From: Podarcis vaucheri
Lineage: Eukaryota
Assembly (NCBI GenBank): GCA_965113315.1
Contig: OZ220365.1
Length of the DNA: 64,000 nucleotides
Reading direction: 5' to 3' (one strand)
The stretch's first letter is position 1. Every line of letters begins with the position of its first letter. Below, in pieces: positions 37,238 through 50,018 of the stretch. The translations under genes and the position numbers were made by a program. The notes under the pieces are model-generated. The model was not told the DNA's origin. It saw only the letters and a list, made by a program, of their open reading frames with translations, and made no database searches.

Positions 37238-37412
37238 CAACTAAGTTAGTTCTGGGTATAAGCTTTCGTGTGCATGCACACTTCTTCAGAACATGCACAT
37301 GAAAGCTTATACCCAGAACTAACTTAGTTGGTCTCTAAGGTGCTACTGGATATTTTTTTTAAAATTTAGTTATTTCATCTACGTCAGACCAACATGGCTA
37401 CCTACCTGAATC
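37238..37412. mobile_element. Penelope-like element terminus with inverted head
   Basis: 39-bp inverted repeat (37238-37276 / 37292-37330, 38/39), then TTAGTTGGTCTCTAAGGTGCTACTGG...CAGACCAACATGGCTACCTAC, typical of reptile Penelope pseudo-LTR ends. Confidence 0.75.
37255..37289 (-). ncRNA. Minimal type I hammerhead ribozyme core (Penelope-associated), probably disabled
   Basis: Minus strand reads CUGAAGA-A-GUGUG(CAUG)CACAC-GAAA-GC-UU-AUAC: conserved CUGANGA and GAAA boxes, stem II, palindromic AGCU stem III. Confidence 0.6.
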
Positions 37413-38489
37413 AAGGGCAAATGCTGCTATTCTCCTATTCTTTTAAATTTGCACTCCTCCAAATATTGTGAAGCAGTTCTCCAACCAAACATACAAAAAT
37501 GCATAAATTATGGGAAAGTGTGCATAAAATGCATATATTTGTGATGTACGATTGTTGGAAAAAAAATCCTTGCAATATTCACATTAGGCAAAATTGCATA
37601 TAAAAATGTATATTCCGAACTTTCACCATGACTGAAAAAAATCCCACAAACTAATGTGTAAATGTGAAGGACTGAATTTAAGATTAGGGGAAAAAACCAT
37701 AGAAACTGAAATAAAATGAAGCTGACAGATTTGCCCATGCTTACCCACTGTAGGATCTGGGTTACATCCTGTGCTGTTCTGGAGCTTTGCCTGATCTCAG
37801 GTCGGGAGCGGTTTTTAGGGGGCTCATGGGGCTGATGTCAGGAAGAGAGAGCAGTAAAGTCCCTTTGCACAAGCATCCTTACACTTGTGTATCTTTGGAT
37901 ACAACTCTGTGGGTATCTGTGTCTTAGTGAACTCATACACCCTGGATATATTTGCCTGTTTCCAGTCCCCGCTGCCCATTGAAGCCCAGCGTGAAATGCT
38001 GGTTTTAGGAGTAAAAGATCCAACAGCAACAGAATGGGATATGGTGCAGAGGGCTGCAACTGGTAGGATCATTTAAAAACTGGATGCCTTCATTTGTCCG
38101 TGCCAAAGCATTTTTAGCTAAATCAAAGCCGCCATTGCATACAATGTTTTTCAGTTACACATTCTCCAAATTCAATTCTGTTACGCATTTCCTTCAATCC
38201 CTTATATGAAAAGAAATGTAATAGAAAAAGGTTGTTAAAACAGCATGATAATAATTGAACAATGATTTTGATTATTAGAAAAGAAACCTACACAAAATCC
38301 GGAAACTGGGGGAAAGAAAGGGGGGGGGGAAGCATGAGAGGAATAACAACAATGGTAGACAGATTCAAGCACCATAGAAATTTCTTTGCCACAGGTATGG
38401 TCTTTCAGTTATCCATAATGAGAAATGGTCTGAATACTTTTTCCAAATTTGCCTTTACAGGTTTTTTTTTTAATTCTGGTGTGTGCACA

Positions 38490-39879
38490 ATTTCTAAAAG
38501 AGATGCATCCTTTATTAAATACATTTGTTTAAAATACATGAAATAACAAATTATTGGAGCACTGGTTATTTTCAACAGCATAATTTCACATGGCAAAAAT
38601 ATCAGCAAAATCAAGCACCCTATTATAAGGGAAGGCTTAGCTTATTAAAAATGTTTCAGCACAGCTTACAAACCTTCAAAGATCTATAGTATATTTTTAA
38701 ACAATGCAATATAAAACATGATCGAAACATAAAAATACCGATAATATATTTGTAGGACGATCATCCAGTGGCAGTTATTAGATGTTATACAGCACATGTT
38801 CTATACAGTTACACGCACACACACAAAGACACAACATACACTCATTCTCTTGCCTCTACCATGAATCTAGTGAGCCACGGTTAAGAATTGCTTTTTGCTT
38901 TAAAGTAGTAACTGTTGCTCAAAATATATAATTATTTCATATGTAGTTGTTTCCATAGTAACACAAACAAACAATGTAACCACATGGCAGATGCATCAGA
39001 TTATGAAAGTTGAGTTGGTAAATACTGTTTTGCTACAGGAAATGTAGTGTTAATAGTTTAGCCACCTGGCTTGCAATCATCTACAAAAGGGCAAAGGCTC
39101 AACACTACAGGAATTTCTGCCTTGGTTCTCATCAGCAGCCCTTTCATGTCTTCACTGTGTTTATTCTGGCTCTTTTTAAAATCAGCGCAAGGGGGAACGG
39201 AATACTAAATCAGAGGTTCTAAACATTCCTTATAAACTATATGCTCACATGCTATTTTTGCTTCTCTGACACAAACTTCACATGACAACTTGTTATTTCC
39301 AGGTCACTCACTTAAGAAAGCATAAGAAAAGATATACCCAGGTGTGCTGTCCGCAGAGAAGTCTTTTATTCCTTCCTTTCCAAGGGAACGTTGCTGCATT
39401 CAGTGAAGATGTCCAGCAGTGAGATGGATGCTAAGGTCTCCTCTGTGGTTTGTGTTATGCAGAGTCCTATTCAAGTGTTGCCAAGAGTGTGTGTGACAGT
39501 GTGTGTGAAACGTTGTGTACTGTACTTATTACCCCTTTGAATCTTGTTTTTGCTATAGAAGTTGTTGATGGGATTTGTGCTTTGTCAAAACGCCTGCTGT
39601 CTTCTCAGAATACAATACTTTGAAAACAATACAATACTTTCCCTTTAAAACACGCGCACGCACACACACGCACACACACAACAAGTAAAGAATTGAAGCC
39701 CTCTAATAGATTTAGTGCAGGATACACATTTGTTCGTTGTTGCTGCTGCCCCTCCTATACACAACACCATGTTGGCGTGCCTTCCCTTGCTCTCTCACGG
39801 CTTGTGCTGCTTTGCCCCATCAAACCAAAGCTGACCAAGGAGACGTGGTCCACTTGCTTTCATCACCACAGCCTCCGTT
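38490..39879 (-). other. GRM1: GRM1 3' UTR (minimum estimate, distal end unknown)
   Basis: Repeat-poor sequence after the TAG. AATAAA candidates on the minus strand at 39370-39365, 39165-39160 and 38516-38511, and more distally at 35479-35474. Confidence 0.55.
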
Positions 39880-40762
39880 CTACAGGGTTGATGAAGTTTG
39901 CTTATAATCCCTCAAAACAACAGAGGCATAGGTTGCAATGGGAGGTGTGCAAAGCACTGATTCAGATACCGGGGAGCTGGGCACAGAACTACCTGAGGCC
40001 ACCGAATCTCGAAAAGGAGATGGAGGCGTCAGTGCTGGTGAGTCTTCTAGAGTCAGTTTGCTGGTTGCCTGCTCCTCTTCCTCATCTTCATCCTCTTCTA
40101 GGTTCCCCGGTCGCTCATACACATACCCTTGGATAAGCTTAAACTTTTCATTTTCTTCTTCTTCCTCCTCCTCCTCCTGCCCCTCTTCTTCAGCTGGGGA
40201 CGAAACTATCTCTTTGCTGAATGTACCCATTTGGAGTGGCAGCACCTGCTGCTGCAATAATGGAGGGTGATAGATAGGCCTTACTCCGTTCCCGGCACCA
40301 GGTGTGGGGATCACAGAGTTGAAGTCCGGGATGCCAGTGGCAAATTTGTTGACCACGCCTTGCAGCTGCTCCATAACGGATCTCTGTGGTGGTGGAGGTG
40401 GTAGGATTTGGGGACTCTGCTCGGACAAGAACAGGTGGGTTTCCTCTGCTGTTGCCTGCAGGGGAGGCGTCACCATGATTCGCCGATGCACAACCATGGA
40501 AGGACTATTTAGTTGGCCAAAGCGCACTGGCTCGCTCTCCTCTTCCTCCACCACATTGTACAGAGTCTTACTGCTGGTGTCTGAAAAAGTCAGGCTCTTG
40601 CCTTGGCCTGGGTAGCTTTTAGTCAAGGGCTTGATCACTGCGGTCTGATTGCATCCTGGCTCTTTGCTCTTCACATGCACTGAGAGTCTGTGCCACATAT
40701 GTTGTCCCTTGGGAACGTCTCTCCCACCTGGTTCAGACCAGGACACAGACTTGCCGTTGGAA
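39880..40762 (-). CDS. GRM1: Metabotropic glutamate receptor 1, terminal coding exon (mGlu1a long C-tail)
   Basis: Acceptor tctttgctttcttcatag|T TCC AAC GGC AAG; SNGKSVSWSEPGG...HMWHRLSVHVK...ALTPPSPFRDSVASGSSVPSSPVSESVLCTPP...RDYKQTSSTL-TAG. Homer ligand TPPSPF at 40029-40012 and PDZ-binding SSTL. Confidence 0.97.
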
Positions 40763-41840
40763 CTATGAAGAAAGCAAAGATGGTTGGTTTGCGTTTGCTT
40801 CAGGAAAAGAGAGGCAGCAATAGCAAAACTGTCCTTAGTTCTGTTCTGTAATATTGCCTCCACTCAGAAGCAATTACAGGGAAATACTACACTGAGAAAC
40901 AGCAAAAACTTTTAAATCTAACACTTTCTACTTTTTATAAAAGGGAAACCAAATTATTCCTTGTTGTGGGGGCAACATGTTGCAGAACAGAGGTCACAAA
41001 TGAGGCGCCCATAGGTGCCAATGTGCCTGCCAGTGCCTTCTGTGTCACTCAGTAAATAGTCCCTCAAAGATCCACAATATACAAGAGATTATTTGCTCAA
41101 ATTCTCCTACATTGAGCACACCTGCTTAAACATTCCCACAATTTATTGTATGCCAGGACTGGATACTTACTATCCCTTTCAATCTGAACATTGAAGAAGT
41201 GCAATGGGCATCTCTCTTTGAGCAAGTATGGTGGCCGCTGTAGGTGCTCCCCTCACTGTGAAATGATGAGGGAGTACGCCTGCACCATTTTGTGGCCCAT
41301 CTGTTTTAGATGTGGCAGCCATTTTGTCTTATGCCACACCCCTATGACAGCAATTTTGTGACTTGCAACAAAGGCACTTTCTCAAAATTCCAAATGTGCC
41401 CCCTGGTCAGGCAACTTGGATGACTTCAGTTATTTTGGTTTCAAAGTTCTCTGCAGGGACAGGGAACCGCTAATCAATGTTAGATTCACTTTACCTGAAA
41501 GTTTTGGAAGATGCAATCCATAATCATTAGAACTCATGTCTAAATCTATGGCAGTAGAATTAAAATATTTAATGTTATATTCCCACGTGCCATACACTTT
41601 GCATTTCTGGGTCCCATCTAAGCTTGAATTATGCTTTTTTCTCTGCCACATTTCATTTCTCAGGCAATTCTAGTATACAGAATCCCATCTTATTCCATCA
41701 TGCTTTAAAAATAATGATCAGTGTTTGGTCCACTCATAATAAGTATATTGAGGTTCATGATCAAGCTTATTCCCTTGAAATGGTAAAAATCTTATATTCA
41801 AATTAAATTTGACTAATGTTCCTCATACAGGTTGTTGTTG

Positions 41841-41887
<47 letters not shown>

Positions 41888-44832
41888 TTAAAAAGCACCA
41901 ATGGAAGAGATTTCAAAGGATTCCATGTCCCGTGGAAGGAATTGTGTATTGATGTTTCGAGTAAATCTGTTTTGTCAGAACTGGAACCTGCAATAAAAAG
42001 TTGATTTCTCTTTTATTTAAATGATGCTTTTAGCTATTTTGGACAGTTACCATGTTCCATTATACAGTTTGTAATTACTGTTGGGAGCTTTAATTGTGTC
42101 TTTAAGACATCAAAATAGTTTTACGTCAATTGTGACTCATGATGGCAGTTTTTAAGGGAATACCAGAATGTTAACTCCATTCTGAAAAGTAGAAAAACTT
42201 GAAGAATTTGGAACCAGGTTATCCCCAATAACACCTTAATTGCCTGGTCACTCAGGAGAGGCATTCTTAGAGGTACTGTATGTTATTGATGTCCACTATG
42301 GCCTTTAGTGTGGTGTCACTAGCCTTTGGAATATACTCCCAAATCAATACCAGGCATGCATCTGGAATTTAGGTGCCATGCTTAAAACTCATGTTTCACC
42401 CAGGCTTCCCATGAGGGGGTGAACCAGCTATGTTGATGTATTAAGCTAATGTACTTATTTGTGATATTTTTGTACTTGTTTTATGCACATAATTTCAGTG
42501 TTTAATTTACAGCTGTTCACCAGCTGGTCTCCCCACCCTTAACATTAGTGGTTATAGACATTTTTTTGCAAACAAACAATATACTAAACTATTTTCTTCT
42601 TATCCTCACTAACAGCTTAGTGGGACTTAAGTCCCATTCATTTTATTTATTAAACCCAGCTCCCACCCTTCCTCCCAAAGGAGCCAGAGGCGGCAAACAC
42701 ACAAATGAAAAAACAACAAAAACATATTAGAAAGCATTCCAATAAAGACATAGACTGGGGGAGATCTCTACTTAAAAGGCTTTTGTTGGAACTTTCAGCA
42801 GACTTAATACCAGCCATCTTGGGGTGCTTCCAGACAGGGGCCTGCTATTGCAAGTAGGTTGTTCAAAGCACATTAACTTCCACACATTCCTGTTTTTTCA
42901 GTCATGGATATTCATTGTTATTCTGCTGCTTGCTGTCTACACAAGTGGGTGAAGATTGAGGAAATGTACCTGGAGGGCTTCCCATCTCATTCCCCTCAAC
43001 CACTCATTTCCAGCCCTCCAATGCAGTTGTTGGGCAAGTGCAATGGTATTCTCTCTCTCTCTCTTTGTGTGTGTGCACAACTTTTTTAAAAACAACAACC
43101 CAGGAAGTGCTCATGAGTGCAAGAGGAAATATTACCAGCCAGAACATGCAAAATGGGAATTTGTGATTTGAGGGATGGGTGTGAGCAATATCCATTACCA
43201 CTTTTTAAAAAAATACTGAGGACTTGCTTATGAGTGATGTTTCTCTAAGCCTAGTACAAGAGTGATACTGAGATCTTGCACAAGATCACTGTATTGGTTT
43301 TGTTGATAACAATTAAAAAGACAGATGTATGTACTGTGAATACAACCTCTGAGGTAATTGCCATGTGTATTTTTAGGAGATCTTTTGAGAAAAACTCATA
43401 GCAACTGGTTTGCTGAATTCAGGTGTGCCCTCAGCATGTGGCAATCTCTGGAAATAGGCACACTTGCATCATTTGAGCCACTGAAAACAGAATGGCTCGA
43501 TGAGTGTGGCATTAGAATCCATCCACCCAAAAGTCATAATGTGTGACAAACCATGGACCGAGACTAAATTAATGTGCTGAAAAGTGACTGCAGATCACTA
43601 AGGTTTATTTTTATGAATCAGATTTTCCATGGAAATGGGAAATCTGGACTAAAATTTTTAAAAGTATGGGCTGACATTCTGTTGACAAGGATATTGTGTG
43701 GGCGCTACAAAAAAGAATTGTGTGCATGAGCAGCACCAATTACCCAGTATAAACTCCTGTCTGGAAGTATCCTTAGAGTGAACTCAGAAGAAGACTTAGC
43801 AGCCTATTCACATAGAGAAGAGCTTTTTCAATGGTGGCTATTGGGATGGAGGCTTCCAGTGACTTGGTTATCATGTGCTAGCACAAATAGCAAATTAAAA
43901 GCATTATTATTTAAATGTAGCCTTGGTACATCCACCCAGCACAAGTCTGCAAAAATCTACAGTGTGCATTTGGCCCGCATCTAATTTGTATCACTTGAAT
44001 AGATATGGGAATTGATAAAAACAGCAAGGCAAAATTGGCTCAAACTATGTGACGATTGGAATTCTACCTATCAGACATGATGTCACTCATCTTGGCCATC
44101 TTGCCCATTTTCTCTATCGCTGTATATGTCCATGACCATAATGAATTCATTCATTCATTCATCTTGCCCATTAGAGACACAGAAGTTTGAAGGGGTCCCT
44201 CTCCACCAATTATGTTTAGAACAAATACACATGGTACAAATTCAGCCTCAGTAATCACTAAGACAAAAAAATGTAATAAAATACAAATGCAGACATATTT
44301 GATACCTATGACTATTCAATACAATTGTGTGTGTAAGTAAGTAAGTACATAAAAAGTTTCAAGAAGTGTGGGGGAGGATGCAAGGTTAGCCGCAGGAACA
44401 ACCAGTTGCCCTGGAAAAACCAAATATAAAAATATTTTAGAAACAAGGGTGTGCTAATAATATGGCAACAGCCAGAAGATTGAGACCATTGGGTACAAAA
44501 GCACTGTAAACAGTGAGACTCAACACCACATCAATTTAAAAGCAAGGGACACACAAAACTTTAAGCAGGACTCAGGCATCGGGACACAGTGAGTCCTAAA
44601 GGTATGGATGCTAAGGAGATTTGTGGCACAGGCAATCTGTTGTGTCTTGGAAAGGAGATGAGGCAGGATTTTGCTCTCAGGTAATGAGTCTCTAAAATAT
44701 GGAGAGCTTTTCCATTTGGGAAGGGCTTAGGGAGAGTTAAGGAAGAGCTAGGAAGGGGGATGATTGGAACTCAGTGCTAAAATGCATTCTTTGCTGCATA
44801 AAGATAGTTCCTGGTTAATTTCCTCACACTCG

Positions 44833-45381
44833 TTTCCTAGTTCTGCTGGATCTCTCAGCGGCCTTTGATACCTTTGACCATGAAATCCTTCTGGACTGTC
44901 TAGAGGGGCTGGGAGCTGGGGGCATTGTTATACAGCAGTTCTGCTCCTTCCTCCTGGGCCGTGTTCAGAAAGTGGGGGGGGGGGATGAGTGTTCAGACCC
45001 CTGGGCTCTCACTTGTGGGGTGCCTCAGGGTTCTGTCCTCTCCCCCATGCTTTTCAACAGCTACATGCAGCCACTGGGAGAGATCATCAGGGGATTTGGG
45101 CTGGGTGTTCACCAGTAAGCGGATGATACCCAGCTCTACCTCTCTTTTAAATCAGAACCAGTGAAGGTGGTGAATGTCCTGCGTGAGTGTCTATAGAGGC
45201 AATTGGAGGATGGATGGTGGCTGACAGATTGAGGTTGAATCTTGACAAGACAGAAGTACTGTTTTGGGGGGACAGGGGGCGGGTGGGTGTGGGGGACTCC
45301 CTAGTCCTGAATGGAGTTATTGTGCCCCTGAAGGACCAGGTGTGCATCCTGGGAGTCATTTTGGACTCACAGCTGTCCATG
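44833..45381 (+). mobile_element. L2-clade LINE RT fragment (frameshifted)
   Basis: Close nucleotide similarity to about 63100-63630 (LLDLSAAFDT..., GVPQGS, degraded YADD). Confidence 0.88.
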
Positions 45382-45929
45382 GACTTGTGACTAAGTTCTG
45401 AAATTCTTTATTTGTATAGAATGGAAGACAATAAACACTGCACTATAAAACATTTTTGAATAGTTATACTGATACCGTAATACATATAAACACAAACAGA
45501 AAACCTACCTGCATGATATACACAGAACTAACACACTTTTAATTTCCATTTTAACAAGGCTGCTTTGATGAATTTAATCTGCTTACAACAGAACCATGCT
45601 TTGAAATAGGAAATCCTAATGGACTTTTGATATTATGGCAGGGATGATTTTCTGTTAAGGAAAGGTCCAGTATAGCTGTCCTTACATATAATTCACCAGG
45701 ACATGTTTCCTAGCAAATCATGTTTTAATTCACCTTACTCAGAAGCAAGATCTGCTGGATTTGCACTCTACATAGATAAAGGTTTGTGCTGCAGTTACAG
45801 TTAGATGGTTCTAAATGGTGTTTCTGTCACTGTAACTGACACTTTATGATATGCTGAAAATCTGGGAGCTGCCATTAAATATTGCAAATCCTGCTTCATT
45901 CATACTATGCCTTTGTTACATATCTTCAG

Positions 45930-46125
45930 GTGCCAGGAAAAAACATTCCTCCTCTCCCAGGCCTTTGGCTAATTAAACAATCTACGGTTTTTAAACTGTG
46001 TGTGGAACGTGGGCTGGGGTGGTGATGGTGGTTGTTTCGTTGGTTCCTTTTTTATTTTTATATTGTAAACCCTCCTGTGATCCCCAGACGAAAGGTGGTA
46101 TAGAAATTTAATAAATATTAATAAA
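45930..46125 (+). mobile_element. L2-type 3' tail fragment
   Basis: CCAGGCCTTTGG ... AAGGTGGTATAGAAATTTAATAAAT, similar to 4710-4915. Confidence 0.55.
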
Positions 46126-47893
46126 ATATACCAGAAATAGCAGCATACCAAACATTTGTTTTTAAAAACTGCATACAAGAGTTTGTTAGACTTTCAGTCT
46201 GATTCAGAGATTAACAGTGCAATCCCAACCATGTCTACTCAGAAGTAAGTCCTATTGAATTCAAGGAGGCCTACTATCAGGTTAGGATTGCAGCCTAAAT
46301 TTCACAGGCCTTGGGAATTTGGCTAGCCTTGTTGAAACTCTTTTTGCTTCGATCTAAAGCAGAGGTGGAGAACCTGTGGCCTTCCAGGTGTTGGTGGACT
46401 CCCAACTCCCATCACCATGGCTATTTGTGAGAGATGGAACTTGTGGTCTATTAATAGTTGGCAGGCCACAGGTTCCCTGCCACTGCTGGAAAGTGTTGAG
46501 TCTAAACGTAAGGATGTTTCTCCTAAGAAGTTACATCAGAATGTTGCTGTGGGTTAAATTTGGTGGTTAACTCCAGAGATTTGATCTTTGTCAACTGCAT
46601 GGAGAGGTTCCCCAGAAAACCTGGACCCCCAGCATGTATGTGGTGCTGGTGAGATGCTGAATTTGCCAACAATACAGCTGGTCAGTCAATAGCATGCGTG
46701 TTTCCATATCTTCTAGGTGGGGATGCACATCCTCTATGCAAAGAGTATTTTATCACATTGTTGGGTTTTTGTTTGTTTCCTTCACTGAGTATTTTGTCTG
46801 AGTAGGAAAGTCAAGGTTTGCTTTGAAGATTCAATTTGGGTTTCAGTTAAACTCTGTTAAAACAATGAAATGACCACTATATCTGTGAAGTCGTTTTTTC
46901 TTGGCTAACAGCTGTTCCACAGCTTCTGACACATTATTATTTCTACTTGGTTCATGTTCTCACTACTTTTGTCTGTCACTACCTTCTTTCTCTGTGTTAA
47001 ATTTCCCAACCAGAATACTGCTGTTCTCATTATCAGCTTGATTTGAACTTCAATAAAACTAATTGTCTCCCACTTTCTACCACAAGCATCATGTTGGAAA
47101 ACATACCTCTTCTATAATGACTATTTTCTTCTCCTTTTCCTAACATAATTCTGCTTATTAACCAGTTTTCATCAGCCCCAAATCTGTGACTTAGCACCTA
47201 CTAATCTGTAAACACATGTTAATGTGACAAGAAAGGGAAGAATCAATTGGGTTTAATTATTACTTTCAAAAGTAATAATTAAAATCTTCTATCTCATTGC
47301 TTGAGTGTTTGCACTTCAAAATTCCTGTATGCTCATAAATGGTCGTCAGCATGAAACTCTGTGATTTGCACACTCCGCCAAACCAGTGTTCTGTGAAAAC
47401 CTGCAGCCGAAGTTCACCAACCCAGGCTGTCAAGAAGAATCGGGCACAGCAAAGTTGCAGCAGCCACTAAAGAAAATATAAAGCCGTCATTGAAAGTAGG
47501 CAGGGTGGCTTCAGCTCCATGCAAACTCTGAACAGGGGAAAACAGTGTTGGCTAAAGGACGGGGGTTAAGATAAAACGAACAAGAAAAGTACGTATTTTC
47601 GTTTTGCAATTTGACCAGCAGGTGCTGGAAGTGACAACCATGGGGAGAAAAAAAAGAGTTTCTTTCAAAAATTATTCCACAGTGTCCTTTGAAGACTATA
47701 TGGACAAGCAAGAGTCAAGGCAGTGTGAAAAATGGGACACATAAGCAACTGTTCCATCATTAATGGCATGCACCACATTTGTCCCATTATCCGGAATGAG
47801 AAAAGTCATGAGAAAGAGAAAGCAATGGGTAAAAAATAGAAATAAAAAAGATATAACAACAAACACCACTGTTTGTCATGCAGCTTCTCTTAC

Positions 47894-47978
47894 ACATTCA
47901 CTGCAGTTTGGGGGTTTTCAAAGCTGCACATGGGCCGACGGACACTGGCTGGTTGGCGAGAATTCTGGCTGCCTCTTC
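47894..47978 (-). CDS. GRM1: GRM1 85-nt cassette exon producing mGlu1b (coding 47978-47918)
   Basis: ttttcaatcctcag|GAAGAGGCAGCCAGAATTC...GTGAATGT|gtaagag; exactly 85 nt; encodes (K)KRQPEFSPTSQCPSAHVQL-TGA, the mGlu1b C-terminus. Confidence 0.95.
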
Positions 47979-48972
47979 CTGAGGATTGAAAAGAAAAAGA
48001 CACCCAGTGAGTGGTTATCCACATGCACATTCATGGCAGCTGTACCACTCAGTTGGGTGCTTGTCCCTGGCCTACTTCCAGCCTTCCTTGTGCTGCTTCA
48101 GGTGTCTTCTCCAGGTCTGCATGACTTAAGTGGTTCTATCTACCCTATTCGCCATATGGTATTCCTTTCTTCTTTGCCTACCAAGGTGCTGTGCATTTAA
48201 AAATGAGGGTGGTTATGCAGTGGACACAGTGCTGTGTTTTGGATAGGGGGCAGCCAGGTGGAAATCCCTGTGCTTCATGGAATGGGCAATGCACTAGCAC
48301 CCTTAACATAACTTCCTTCCCTATGTTGAAGCTAAAATAAGAGAAATGTATAATGGTTGTCCTCCAGAGCTTCCTACAGGAGAGCAGGAAAGAAATCTAA
48401 ATAACATATAACCTCCAGATGATAATAATGGTGCTGTGCATGAGTGGAAACACCTCTTAGTCATGCTTGAATAGCTTGTAATTAGCTATTTGTTTGGTTG
48501 CCTGTGGTGAATTAGACCTGATTCTGAGCAATCACAGAGTCAGCTGGTTCTTTTCTCCCCTTGGACTACTGATTGTCAGAAGTAACTAGCACAATTAACA
48601 TGTAGGGATAGCTAGGCTTAAGGGGGAATTTTGTGGGGTAGTAATTTATTTGCAAGGTGGGTCTATATGCCACATTCATATTGGAACTTGCACAATATAT
48701 GGAGGTTTTCCTTTCCCAGTGATTGAGTGCTTGGAAAGAGGGCACATATATTCTACATCCCCTTTTTTTATTGCTGATAGCTTTTCGCAGTGCACGGGCC
48801 CTGCCTTTCCATAAAACTCATTGTCACTATTTGCTTTTCTGATTTTTTAAATTTTTATTTTTTTATATTTTTTTAAGAATTTGTTTCCAAACTCAGAGTC
48901 TCAGTAAGGGTGATATTTTGGGCCATAGTAATGAGGGAGATGACAAATTAAAGCACAGTACATTTACTGATA

Positions 48973-49336
48973 GGGACGCGGGTGGCGCTGTGGGCTAAAG
49001 CCTCAACGCCTAGGGCTTGCCGATCGAAAGGTCGGCGGTTCGAATCCCCGCGGCGGGGTGCGCTCCCACTGTTCGGTCCCAGCGCCTGCCCACCTAGCAG
49101 TTCGAAAGCACCCCCGGGTGCAAGTAGATAAATAGGTACCGCTTACCAGCGGGAAGGTAAACGGCGTTCCGTGTGCGGCTCTGGCTCGCCAGAGCAGCGA
49201 TGTCACGCTGGCCACGTGACCCGGAAGTGTCCCCGGACAGCGCTGGCCCCCGGCCAATAAATGTGAGATGGGCGCACAAACCCCACAGTCTGTCAAGACT
49301 GGCCCGTTCGGGCAGGGGTACCTTTACCTTTACCTT
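48973..49336 (+). mobile_element. Full-length young Sauria SINE (distinct subfamily)
   Basis: GGGACGCGGGTGGCGCTGTGGG start, CpG-rich body, (ACCTTT)3 tail, perfect 14-bp TSD TACATTTACTGATA (48959-48972 and 49337-49350). Confidence 0.93.
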
Positions 49337-50018
49337 TACATTTACTGATAAAATTGCAGTTATGTCACCATCAAAAGTGTCACAGGAACTTGAGGGGAAA
49401 AACAAAGTACCTGAAGTCAGCATAGGCTAGCACTTACCTGAGCTGGTGTGAGGATAAGAATATTCACAAACATTCTGTGCTTCATTTACTGAGCTGCTAG
49501 AGAGGAACTACTAGCCTGCCCCATTCCCCACTGCCACTTTTTTTTGCTAGAATAGTAGGCTGGTCACGGTTTCACATGTTATATTTGTGAAAATTATGTA
49601 GATAAATTTGTTACTTTAAAAATTATCCAGTTTCTTGTTTCAGTTTCTGGCACACCCCTGAGGCTTAGTGAGGCAGTTGCATCAGGACAGCAGATATGGG
49701 ACAGCTGGGATGGACAGCATACCTGGGTCCATGAGGAGAGCACCACCCCTCCCCCTTTGCCTTTTCCCCTCTTCCTCCCCTCCACAGGTCTCAATTTGGT
49801 CTCCTTTTTCTCCCTTTTTTCTCATGGACATCATTCGGGGGGGGGGAGTGGCAAAGGTGGTCAGTGGGGTTGGGGGCTGGGGAGGATTTGTTATCGGGGT
49901 GGGGGAGGAGTCGGCAGGGTGGCATTTTCTGTTTTGCCTCAGTGGCAAAATGTCCTGGTTTCAGTGTGTGGACAAGAATGAACCAAACTGTAGGAGTGAT
50001 GGAACAGACTGTCTAAAC

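Noticed and set aside
39693-40615. Plus-strand ORFs antisense to the GRM1 last exon
   Set aside because: Shadow frames of low-complexity coding sequence; no independent support.
40763-40863. N-terminal extension of the 327-aa GRM1 ORF
   Set aside because: Intronic sequence upstream of the polypyrimidine tract and AG acceptor.
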